This document shows positions 37,317-45,399 of a DNA stretch of 45,399 bases, in pieces (within the stretch, counting starts at the first letter, position 1; the number at the start of each line of letters is the position of its first letter). The notes below the pieces were generated by a model. It was given only the letters and a program-made list of their open reading frames with translations, was not told the origin of the DNA and did no database searches. Origin of the DNA: a virus (Duplodnaviria > Caudoviricetes). The translations under genes were made by a program, and so were the position numbers. Where the stretch lies: positions 1 to 45,399 of the IMG/VR virus record IMGVR_UViG_3300020045_004936. One strand, given 5' to 3'.

Positions 37317-38266
37317 CACCAGAAGACCTCATACGCACAGGCCGCTACCTTGATATGCCTGATGAAGACTGGATAGCGGAGCTAGCCACCCGTAAGTATG
37401 TCCTAGGCTGCTACGAGGCCAACGACGCCTGGGCTACTAAGATTCACAAGAATGTGGGAGTGCTGCTCACCTCCTCAGTCTATGGACGCCCATACCTCAA
37501 GGCTTCATTAGAATCCCACAAGAAGCTCGGCTACTGGACTGTCCTCGCCTATGACAACTTCATCAACCCAGAATGGCAGGCAATAGACTATAACGCCTGG
37601 ATTCCCCCAATCGACGTAATGAACATGGTGGATACTTTCCTAGTCCCTCACCATCAAACCTGGGGTGGGGTGAGCTATCCATTTATATGGATGCTGAGAT
37701 TGGCCTCCGGCATATTTCACTCAATGGACTACGTCCTCGTCAACAACGGCGACATGGTGCTTGAGAAACCAGAGAACTTTCAGCTACTTCTCGATAAGAT
37801 GGGCGACGCTGACTTGATGAGTAGTGGGCCATCGTTACCTCGTGAAATAGGTACTGCTGGCATCCTAATGAAATCCTCAGCATTCATCGCCATAGCCAAG
37901 CATATGAGCGACCACATGGTGCCAGCAACTGCTTACTACGCCTCAACTCAAGAATTTGGTAACACCGAAGGCCGCCTAGCCGTAGCCGTCAGAGAACTTG
38001 GCCTAAAACAAGTAATCTGTACCCCGGGCTTCTGTCCTAACCACCCAGTCTGCGAGCAACTTCACACTCCTGGCGGTGAATGGTACGACACTATAGGCAT
38101 GCGCCATATTCACGGAGAGCTTAATGCGGCTTACCGCTACAAGCTCATGCCTCCTCCATCACGCTACCTCGACCAACGCTTCTGCGGAAATGAGGACTGG
38201 AAGGCGGCTCTAGCTTATGAAGCAGGAGATATTGAAGCAGTTAAAGCATGGTGGGCTAAAGATTAA
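37313..38266 (+). CDS. Putative GT-A-fold glycosyltransferase (paralog)
   Basis: GVLLTS...LKASLES...TVLAYDN and YVLVNNGDM pattern. Confidence 0.6.
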   Translation: MTPEDLIRTGRYLDMPDEDWIAELATRKYVLGCYEANDAWATKIHKNVGVLLTSSVYGRPYLKASLESHKKLGYWTVLAYDNFINPEWQAIDYNAWIPPIDVMNMVDTFLVPHHQTWGGVSYPFIWMLRLASGIFHSMDYVLVNNGDMVLEKPENFQLLLDKMGDADLMSSGPSLPREIGTAGILMKSSAFIAIAKHMSDHMVPATAYYASTQEFGNTEGRLAVAVRELGLKQVICTPGFCPNHPVCEQLHTPGGEWYDTIGMRHIHGELNAAYRYKLMPPPSRYLDQRFCGNEDWKAALAYEAGDIEAVKAWWAKD

Positions 38267-39306
38267 TGGCACTAGCAGTTGTACAGACCAAGACTGGCGT
38301 CACCACAACCAACGACACCATAGCGGTGACTTTTGATGCCCCTACTACGGCAGGGAACCTCATAGTTGCTCAAATCATGGCATACGGTCTTGCTGCAGGC
38401 TCCACTGACGCCGCCTCCTTCTCATCCTGCACAGACGGAACCAACACCTACTCCATCGGACATGCTTATAAACAGAACTCAGGGTCTAACTCCGAGCATG
38501 TTTGGCAGAGATACACTGCTAACGCCTCATCTGTAAGCACCGTAACTGCCGTAGTCATCCACGCGCCTGGCGAAGACCAGATGAACGTAAGGATGACTAT
38601 ATTTGAGATTTCAGGAGCCGCTACATCTACACCGTTAGATAAGACCGTCACCGCTGAGGGTACTGGCACAGCTGTAGCCTCTGGAAGCACAGGCACATTA
38701 ACTCAAGCTGATGAAATAGGCATTGGCGGCGCGATGGCTGGGTCCGCAGCCACCTATACCGCTGGCACAGGCTGGACTGAGATACAAGACGCTAGTAATG
38801 CAACCACAGGCCATAAGATTGTTGCTGCCACAACCGCTATTAACTTTGACCCTACCGCAAGCGCGTCTGTCAACTGGGTAGCTGGTATTGGCACATTTAA
38901 GGCCGCTGCGGCTAGTAGTTCATCTAGCAGCAGCTGTCGAAGTTCTAGTTCATCCAGCTCTTCAAGCTCTAGTAGGTCTAGCTCCTCATCTTCTAGGTCA
39001 TCAAGCTCTTCTAGCTATAGTAGCTCTTCTTCGTCATGCAGGAGTTCAAGTAGCTCTAGTTGCAGTAGTTCAAGTTCTTCTTGTAGGAGTAGCAGCAGCA
39101 GCAGTAGCTGTAGCAGCTCAAGAAGTTCCAGTTGTAGTAGTAGCTCATGTAGTTCTTCTAGCAGCTGTATCAGCTCTAGTAGCTCATCAAGCACTAGTAC
39201 GAGGCCAGATATGCCGCGCATTACAGCGAGTCAGTTCGAGGCTCTTCTTGGCGACAGGTTGTCTGGAAGCGTATTAACTTATAGAGGAAGATGGTCTAAA
39301 CACTAA
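38266..39306 (+). CDS. Virion adhesin-like protein: beta domain + 95-aa Ser/Cys/Arg tract
   Basis: Domain homologous to the tail protein domain at about 290-930; tract 38914-39198. Confidence 0.75.
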   Translation: MALAVVQTKTGVTTTNDTIAVTFDAPTTAGNLIVAQIMAYGLAAGSTDAASFSSCTDGTNTYSIGHAYKQNSGSNSEHVWQRYTANASSVSTVTAVVIHAPGEDQMNVRMTIFEISGAATSTPLDKTVTAEGTGTAVASGSTGTLTQADEIGIGGAMAGSAATYTAGTGWTEIQDASNATTGHKIVAATTAINFDPTASASVNWVAGIGTFKAAAASSSSSSSCRSSSSSSSSSSSRSSSSSSRSSSSSSYSSSSSSCRSSSSSSCSSSSSSCRSSSSSSSCSSSRSSSCSSSSCSSSSSCISSSSSSSTSTRPDMPRITASQFEALLGDRLSGSVLTYRGRWSKH

Positions 39307-40622
39307 TGGCGTTTGCAGCAGTACAAAGTATAACTCAGGTATCTGGCAATCAATCCACTGTTCCTGGTGTCGCTACAGTAGCGTCAACAGGTGCAAATAA
39401 TTTAGTTGTTGTACATATTAAACTAAATTTAAGCACTAGAACAGTTACTTCCGTTACAGATGATATCGGTCATGTCTATGCTTTAAGCGCTGCCTTAGAC
39501 TCTGGTACTACCAATAGGTTATATCAAGCTTACGGTGTTCAAACAACAGGCGGCGCAACACAGATAACTGTAAACTTTGGTGGCACTGGAAATTTTGCCT
39601 GGAGATTCGGAGTCGATGAATACAGCGGTGGAGAAACCACAAACGCGGCCATCTATGATACCGGGAACACGGGCACAGGTTCCACAGGCACAAGTCTTGC
39701 TGTTGGCAGTTTCACACCCGCGGCCACTGGTGAATTAATTGTTGCTACCTACGCGACGACTGCTGCAAAAACCTGGACAGCCGGAACAAACTATACACTT
39801 TACAACGGCGCGTCGACGACCGTACAAAGTGAGTATGACCTAGCAGGAACAACATCAGAGACAGCCCCAATTACCATAAGCTCCAATGGAGTTTGGGCTG
39901 GAATTGCATCAGCGTTTATACCACTTTCTGCTTCTTCGAGTTCTAGCTCCAGTAGAAGTAGCTCCTCGTCCTCATCTTCATGTAGAAGTAGTAGCTCCAG
40001 TTCTAGTAGTAGAAGTTCCAGTTCTTCCTCAAGCTCAAGGAGTAGCTCGAGCAGTTCCTCTAGCTCCAGCTCTCGAAGTAGTAGCTCAAGTTCATCTAGC
40101 AGGAGCAGTTCTTCTTCTAGCAGTAGTAACAGTAGCTCGTCTTCATCTTCTAGTAGCTCATGTCGTTCGAGTTCATCGAGCAGCAGTAGTCGGAGTTCAA
40201 GCTCATCAAGTTCATCTAGAAGCTCTAGCTCAAGTAGTTCGTCCTCTTTATCGAGTTCATCGAGTTCAAGCAGCAATTCATCTTCTAGCTCATCGTCTAG
40301 TTGTTCGAGTTCTAGTAGCTCTAGTTCATGTCGGTCAAGTTCTAGTAGCTCAAGTAGTCTTAGTAGCTCATCATCTAGCAGCTGTCAGAGCAGTTCTTCT
40401 TCATCCTGCTCTAGCTCCTCAAGTTGTAGGTCATCGTCATCAAGTAGCTCGGCTTCTACAGGAAGTAGCTCATCTAGTAGCTCCTGTAGTTCATGCAGCT
40501 CGTCTTCTTGCAGTAGTTCATGCAGTTCTTCATCTTGTTCAAGCAGTAGTAGCTGCAAGTCGTCGAGTTCTTCAAGCTCATTTAGGAAGATACACAATCT
40601 ACCATTGTTAGGAGTAGGATAA
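39306..40622 (+). CDS. Virion adhesin-like protein: beta domain + 218-aa Ser/Cys/Arg tract, C-terminal LPLLGVG
   Basis: Related beta domain; tract 39927-40580; TAATG coupling at both ends. Confidence 0.75.
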   Translation: MAFAAVQSITQVSGNQSTVPGVATVASTGANNLVVVHIKLNLSTRTVTSVTDDIGHVYALSAALDSGTTNRLYQAYGVQTTGGATQITVNFGGTGNFAWRFGVDEYSGGETTNAAIYDTGNTGTGSTGTSLAVGSFTPAATGELIVATYATTAAKTWTAGTNYTLYNGASTTVQSEYDLAGTTSETAPITISSNGVWAGIASAFIPLSASSSSSSSRSSSSSSSSCRSSSSSSSSRSSSSSSSSRSSSSSSSSSSSRSSSSSSSSRSSSSSSSSNSSSSSSSSSSCRSSSSSSSSRSSSSSSSSRSSSSSSSSSLSSSSSSSSNSSSSSSSSCSSSSSSSSCRSSSSSSSSLSSSSSSSCQSSSSSSCSSSSSCRSSSSSSSASTGSSSSSSSCSSCSSSSCSSSCSSSSCSSSSSCKSSSSSSSFRKIHNLPLLGVG

Positions 40623-40921
40623 TGCAGAGCGGGTTAATAAGTATTGGAATATTCTTAGTAATACAGCTGGTAGCAGCTGTCTGGTGGGCATCTGCCATGA
40701 ATACCAAGATGTCTTTTATTCTTAAACAGACATCTAATACGCAGTCAATGTTCGACAGTCATGTTGCACATGATTCAGCAACATATTCAACAAAGAGCGA
40801 AGTTGCTCAAGCTATAGCTTCAAACGAAAAAGACGTGTCGGTGGCTTTAGCATATAGTTCCAAGGAGATTCTGGCTATTTGGAAGCAGATAGATAGTTTG
40901 AAGGCTAAGATAGGAATTTAA
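40622..40921 (+). CDS. Putative holin-like membrane protein
   Basis: N-terminal TM helix plus coiled coil; next to a spanin-like gene. Confidence 0.45.
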   Translation: MQSGLISIGIFLVIQLVAAVWWASAMNTKMSFILKQTSNTQSMFDSHVAHDSATYSTKSEVAQAIASNEKDVSVALAYSSKEILAIWKQIDSLKAKIGI

Positions 40922-40934
40922 CAAGGAGGTACAA

Positions 40935-41030
40935 ATGCAATACATCACCATAGAAACACTAGTTGCCGGACTCTTAGGAGCCGCGACTGTTTATATCCTA
41001 AGCTCGCTTAAAGTCATACGCTATAAATAA
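40935..41030 (+). CDS. 31-aa membrane microprotein (MQYITIETLVAGLLGAATVYILSSLKVIRYK)
   Basis: Perfect AAGGAGGT RBS; fills the gap exactly; absent from the ORF track. Confidence 0.7.
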   Translation: MQYITIETLVAGLLGAATVYILSSLKVIRYK

Positions 41031-41031
41031 C

Positions 41032-41529
41032 ATGAGATACATACTTGCTTTTCTGATGTGTTTGAGCCTAACTGGATGTGCTACTAACCCTTTCTCTGGG
41101 ATACTACGTCCTCCTAGCGAACCTAGGAAGATAGCCAACTACTTACAGTCAGAGAAGCAAGTACCTCTCAAGGTCGGTATAACACCAGATGGTAAAGACG
41201 TTATAGCCTATGCGACTGAGCGCACCTATGTGGCTAACTCATCCGAAACACCCGAGAAACTAAGCTTTATTCAGCGACTTGGACGGTGGATTGGTAGCCT
41301 ATCTTTATTAGCTGCCCTGTTCATCATGGCTAGTATCGCCTTCTTTGGCGGCGCACCAATACTCTGGGCAGTTAAGAAATACTACACAGTTAAGAACGCT
41401 TTAAAGAATACAGTCGCAGCTATAGACAACATTGACCCTGCTGACTTTGAGAAGATTAAGCCTAAACTTGCAGCCGAGCAAGACACCACTGATAAGAAAC
41501 TTATCGCCAAACTAAAGGCGGAAATATAA
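41032..41529 (+). CDS. Lipoprotein with internal TM helix, possible unimolecular spanin
   Basis: Lipobox LTGC at residues 13-16; hydrophobic LSLLAALFIMASIAFFGGAPILWAV segment. Confidence 0.55.
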   Translation: MRYILAFLMCLSLTGCATNPFSGILRPPSEPRKIANYLQSEKQVPLKVGITPDGKDVIAYATERTYVANSSETPEKLSFIQRLGRWIGSLSLLAALFIMASIAFFGGAPILWAVKKYYTVKNALKNTVAAIDNIDPADFEKIKPKLAAEQDTTDKKLIAKLKAEI

Positions 41530-42746
41530 TGTTCACATTCTCAGACCTTCAAGAAGAAGTTAAGCGCAGGGCGACTAAAGACCAGGGTGGTACACAGTTC
41601 GACACCGCTATCAAGAATGTCATCAACACATCACTATTTAGGATTGCAAGGGAATGTCCTTGGAGAGTATTGCGACGTAAGAGTTTCTTCACTACCGAAA
41701 CTAGCTATTCTACTGGAACTGGCGCAGTAACTGTTACAGCAAGTTCTGCTTCATTCTCAGTAGTAGGCGCAACATTTGGTGTCAATAATATCCAAGTCGG
41801 GCGTAGGATTAAGTTTGGAACAGATTCAAACTACTATACCATCCGCACAATTACCTCAGAGACTGCTGGAACACTCGATAGGCTCTATGCTGGAACAACG
41901 TCTACCACGACTTCTTATGAGATTCTACCTACTGAGGAATATAACCTCCCAATCCAGGTTAACCCTCAGCGCGACTTCCTATGGCACACAGCCTACGGAT
42001 ATCCTACTCAGCTTGAATATATCACTGACCAAGACTTCCGCAGCTACAGCGTAAACGAAAACCAAGTTGGTATACCCATAACTTATCGTATGTGGGGTCA
42101 GGATATGATAATTACGCAGCCTGCACAGCCATCAACTATGAGAGTAACATCCAGTTCCTCAGCCGACACAGCAATACCTATTACAGTATTCGGTATAGTA
42201 TCTGGCTATCCTGATTATGAAGTAATAAGCACTAATGGAACTACGGAGGTATCAGGCTCTAAGATATTTAGCTCTGTAGAGAGAGTGTCTAAGGGGCTGA
42301 CAAGTACCGGACGCATCACAGTTGATGCAAACTCAGCAGCTGATACTATCGCCGTTATGCCTGTAGGTGATACAACTGCAGGTATCATGTACTCCAAGTG
42401 TCAGCTCTGGCCTCTCCCTGACGGAATATATCCTATAAACGTCAACTACTACAAAGACCCATATAGACTAGTTAACAGTAACGAAATACATGAGCTTGGG
42501 CAAGAGTTTGATGAGGCCATCATACTGTTAGCTACTGCTAAGATTAAGTATGAGAGTTCCATGAATGAGGACGGTGACAAGTTCTTTGGACTCTATACAG
42601 ACGAGGTTAAGACTCTTCGCCGCACCAACATGGATAAAATTGATTGGCTTCCTACTCTACAGAAGCCTAGAAACTCTAGGATTACTGGCAGAGGTATAAC
42701 TTACGGTCAAGTCGGGCCTAATTATGGCCCAAGTGGGTATAGATAA
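41529..42746 (+). CDS. Head-tail adaptor (tail tubular protein A-like) with inserted beta domains
   Basis: MFTFSDLQEEV..R, IN.....I....PW..L, LWPLPD..Y.I...YY motifs. Confidence 0.7.
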   Translation: MFTFSDLQEEVKRRATKDQGGTQFDTAIKNVINTSLFRIARECPWRVLRRKSFFTTETSYSTGTGAVTVTASSASFSVVGATFGVNNIQVGRRIKFGTDSNYYTIRTITSETAGTLDRLYAGTTSTTTSYEILPTEEYNLPIQVNPQRDFLWHTAYGYPTQLEYITDQDFRSYSVNENQVGIPITYRMWGQDMIITQPAQPSTMRVTSSSSADTAIPITVFGIVSGYPDYEVISTNGTTEVSGSKIFSSVERVSKGLTSTGRITVDANSAADTIAVMPVGDTTAGIMYSKCQLWPLPDGIYPINVNYYKDPYRLVNSNEIHELGQEFDEAIILLATAKIKYESSMNEDGDKFFGLYTDEVKTLRRTNMDKIDWLPTLQKPRNSRITGRGITYGQVGPNYGPSGYR

Positions 42747-44269
42747 TGGCTGGTATAAAATTCACAACGCCCTCAGCTCCACTTAGTATTAAGAAGCTAA
42801 ACGGAGGACTTAACTCTACAGCCGGGCCTCTTGGCCTTGAGCAGAATGAGTTCTCCGATTTACTCAACATTGACTTCGACAAGTTTGGGAGTTTCCTAAA
42901 GCGCAACGGCTACACTACTCTCAACACATCCGTCTTCAACTCCTCTGAACGTTGGACTGGTCTAGCATGGTTTGAACTAGCTGATGGCACACGATACATA
43001 GTAGGCACCTGTGGAAACAAGTTGGCTAAGATGGATAGTTTGGACGGGACTTGGGATGACATCACAGGTGCGCTGACTATCACAGCCGGAAATCTGACCA
43101 ACTTCACCATATTCAGGAATAACTTGCTCGCTACAAATGGTGTAGACGTACCATTCCTTTGGACTGGAACAGGTAACGGGTCTGCTATGACAGTTCCGAC
43201 TGGCCTAACTACAGCCAGAGCCATAGAAGTATTTCAATCATACACCTTCCTAGCTAACGTAACAGTAAGCGGCACAGCCTACAAATCTCGCCTCTACTGG
43301 TCCGCTTTAGACGAAATAGCCACCTGGGACTTAGCCGACTTCAACGATGTTGCTAGGGACGATGGACAAACTATAGTCGCCATCAAGACTCTTGCTGACC
43401 GCCTGGTAATCTTCAAGGAACGCTCAATTCACCTTGCCTTCTTCACAGGCGACGCAGATGTACCTTTCCGCTTCCAGAAGTCAAACAGCGCAGTTGGCTG
43501 CATAGCCCAATTCAGCGTCCAAGAGGTAGAGAACGGCCTAGTGTTCCTTGCCACCGACGGCCTCTACTACTTTGACGGCAATAACTCCAACAAGATAAGT
43601 GACCGTATCTCCACCACCATCCAAGGCTACAACACTACCCAGTTTGATGAAGCTTGCTCAATGTATCAACACGCTAAGAACCGCTACTGGCTTGCGCTCC
43701 CAGGAGCCTCATCTAGCACAAATAACAGGGTAATTGCTTGGGACACCTTCAACAACGCCCTCTCAATCTACAGTGGTATGGCGCCATCTTGCATGACTAC
43801 TATCTACAATTCCGGCATAGATGAAAGGCCGTACTGGGGAGATTACTCAGGCTTTGTATATAGAGGTGATGTTGGAGATAATGATAGCCCTCTTGGAGTT
43901 TCTACAGCTGTAAACGCCTACGCCTACACCCGCTGGATAGACTTCGATGACTTGGTGGACAAGAAGGGTATCCCTAATGTCTACATCTACCACAAGATTG
44001 AGAGTGGAACTCTCTCCTACTCCTACTCCTACGACTTTGAAGAGGGCGACCAGTATACCCTCACCTTCTCCATGGACACTAGCACCTCACTCTGGGACGC
44101 ATTTCTCTGGGACGTAGGCAAGTGGGCAGGAAGTGGCGGTAAGGAGAAACGCTTGGACTTAACAGGCAGAGGGCGTGTAATACGATTCAAGTTCGCCAAC
44201 AACGCCCTAGATGAACAATTCAGAATCGACGGCATAGGTGTGTTTGGACACCTTCAGACAAACGTATGA
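42746..44269 (+). CDS. Tail nozzle / tail tubular protein B-like (P22 gp10-type) beta-propeller
   Basis: GGLN, N..FD..G...KR.G, RLYWS, LVIFKE.SI, VGCIA..SV, FLA.DGLY.FDG motifs. Confidence 0.8.
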   Translation: MAGIKFTTPSAPLSIKKLNGGLNSTAGPLGLEQNEFSDLLNIDFDKFGSFLKRNGYTTLNTSVFNSSERWTGLAWFELADGTRYIVGTCGNKLAKMDSLDGTWDDITGALTITAGNLTNFTIFRNNLLATNGVDVPFLWTGTGNGSAMTVPTGLTTARAIEVFQSYTFLANVTVSGTAYKSRLYWSALDEIATWDLADFNDVARDDGQTIVAIKTLADRLVIFKERSIHLAFFTGDADVPFRFQKSNSAVGCIAQFSVQEVENGLVFLATDGLYYFDGNNSNKISDRISTTIQGYNTTQFDEACSMYQHAKNRYWLALPGASSSTNNRVIAWDTFNNALSIYSGMAPSCMTTIYNSGIDERPYWGDYSGFVYRGDVGDNDSPLGVSTAVNAYAYTRWIDFDDLVDKKGIPNVYIYHKIESGTLSYSYSYDFEEGDQYTLTFSMDTSTSLWDAFLWDVGKWAGSGGKEKRLDLTGRGRVIRFKFANNALDEQFRIDGIGVFGHLQTNV

Positions 44270-45399
44270 AAGCACCCCTATTCGGCTGTTCTCAGACTAA
44301 TCCTGCAACAAGCGGCATAACCTACATTCCTCTTTCTGCTGGAGGTGTGACAGAGAATGCTACAGAGGCGAAGGTTGAGCAGGTCATACCTTTTAGCGGA
44401 GGCACTCTAAAGAACTTCTATTTAGCCTTAGGCACAGCTCCTGGCGCAGGCAAGAGTTGGACATACAAGCTTAGGGTGAACGAAGCCTACGCATCACCAG
44501 CCGTAACACTCACTATCTCAGATACTTCCACAACGGCTAATGACACTACCAATGAGGTTAGCGTCACTGCAGGAGATAGAGTGTGTTGGGAAATTACTCG
44601 CTCAGGCACTCCGGCAACTTCCGCACATCGTTGGGGTCAGACCTGGATAAGCGGAACATCTAATCAAGCTCCAATACTAGGTGGAACCTCTGCCAACGCT
44701 CCTACGGCCTCTGCCCAATACTTCAACATCATGGGTGGCCCAAATCGCTCATGGAGTTCAACATTACTTGACCGAGACGGTATATGCTCTGTCCCTGGCA
44801 CACTACAAAGGTTCTACATCAGCCTAGACTCCGCGCCAGGCATAGGTAAAAGCTACCTATTCAAAGTATTCGTTAATGGCGTAGCCTCCGGTATTCAAGT
44901 AACAATAGCAGATGCAGCTACTACTGGTAACGACATAACCAATACAAAGGCTATCGTAGCGGGCGACTCAATCTGCGTAGAATGTACACCTTCAGGCACA
45001 CCCACAGCAGTAGCTGCTTGTTGGGGATTAGGACTTGCCCCCACTACAGACGGCCAAACTCCTCTAATCTACGGTGACTTTGGCGTAAACTCAGGCTCGG
45101 CAGATAGATACGTCCAGCCTCTTGGTTCTAGCTCATGGAGCAGTACCTCTACAAACCGTCTCCCTCTCTGCTCTGAGATAATTACATTTAAGAACCTCTA
45201 TGTTAGGACAAGTGCTGCAGCAGGAGCAGGAAAGTCATTCGACTTCATAGCACGTTTAAACACTACCGAGCAAACAATGGATGCTCAAGTAGCAGGGGCA
45301 TCAGCCGTAACCGCCAATGATACCACCAACACTTTTACTTGCGCCGCAGGAGACAACATAAGCATTGTATCTCGCCCGGCAGGAAGCCCTACAGCCGTA
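44266..45399 (+). CDS. 5' part of junction-spanning tail protein; three tandem repeats of about 125 aa
   Basis: ATGA overlap with the nozzle stop; open to the window end; repeats GTLKNFY..APGAGKSW / GTLQRFY..APGIGKSY / TFKNLY..AAGAGKSF, each with ND.TN....AGD. Confidence 0.88.
   Translation, partial: MKAPLFGCSQTNPATSGITYIPLSAGGVTENATEAKVEQVIPFSGGTLKNFYLALGTAPGAGKSWTYKLRVNEAYASPAVTLTISDTSTTANDTTNEVSVTAGDRVCWEITRSGTPATSAHRWGQTWISGTSNQAPILGGTSANAPTASAQYFNIMGGPNRSWSSTLLDRDGICSVPGTLQRFYISLDSAPGIGKSYLFKVFVNGVASGIQVTIADAATTGNDITNTKAIVAGDSICVECTPSGTPTAVAACWGLGLAPTTDGQTPLIYGDFGVNSGSADRYVQPLGSSSWSSTSTNRLPLCSEIITFKNLYVRTSAAAGAGKSFDFIARLNTTEQTMDAQVAGASAVTANDTTNTFTCAAGDNISIVSRPAGSPTAV
45279..45399. repeat. 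Terminal direct repeat, copy 2 (circular assembly overlap)
   Basis: Identical to 1-121. Confidence 0.97.

Noticed and set aside
39800-40597. Antisense Leu/Glu-rich ORFs (also 2455-2772, 39015-39221) and shifted-frame Leu/Val/Ala ORFs (150-539, 29844-30146, 38888-39277, 39886-40611)
   Set aside because: They are shadows of Ser codons in other frames; they lack an RBS and operon coupling.
45279-45399. 121-bp repeat as a physical terminal repeat of the virion DNA
   Set aside because: It falls mid-gene and has a k-mer-like length; better explained as assembler overlap.
1-45399. Diversity-generating retroelement, stop-codon recoding or prophage boundaries
   Set aside because: No reverse transcriptase or adenine-specific repeat pair seen; genes are full length in the standard code; no integrase, att site or host genes.

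Overview
The window is an apparently complete, circularly assembled genome (about 45,278 bp; bases 1-121 equal 45279-45399) of an uncultured-looking tailed phage with a podovirus-type layout, read in the standard genetic code. Late genes run on + from about 21.1 kb across the junction to 8.1 kb: terminase small and large subunits, portal, scaffold, major capsid, decoration proteins, a glycan-synthesis cassette, lysis membrane proteins, tail adaptor and nozzle, a junction-spanning 1325-aa tail protein, a fibre, a GNAT and three ejection proteins. Early genes run on - from about 20.8 kb to 8.0 kb: many microproteins, a secreted lysozyme-like protein, an RHH regulator, a PD-(D/E)XK nuclease / Sak4-like ATPase / SSB / ERCC4 recombination set and an SPFH protein, with one inverted RepA-like helicase. 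I recognise no integrase, polymerase, primase or tRNA. The most striking feature: five probable virion proteins carry seven long Ser(Cys/Arg) tracts (about 630 codons, mixed Ser codons), and four of those genes directly flank a translationally coupled six-gene cassette (sugar aminotransferase, GT9-methyltransferase-GT4 fusion, two methyltransferases, two paralogous GT-A-like enzymes). This suggests a phage-encoded system that builds a mucin-like O-glycan coat on the virion (inference). Also notable: a highly structured non-coding RNA candidate of about 310 nt with a tRNA-like domain, a TerL insertion carrying a G-quadruplex motif and a repeated palindrome, a structured leader before the portal gene, and strong GATC avoidance. 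Functional calls come from motifs and gene order recognised by eye; no searches were run.
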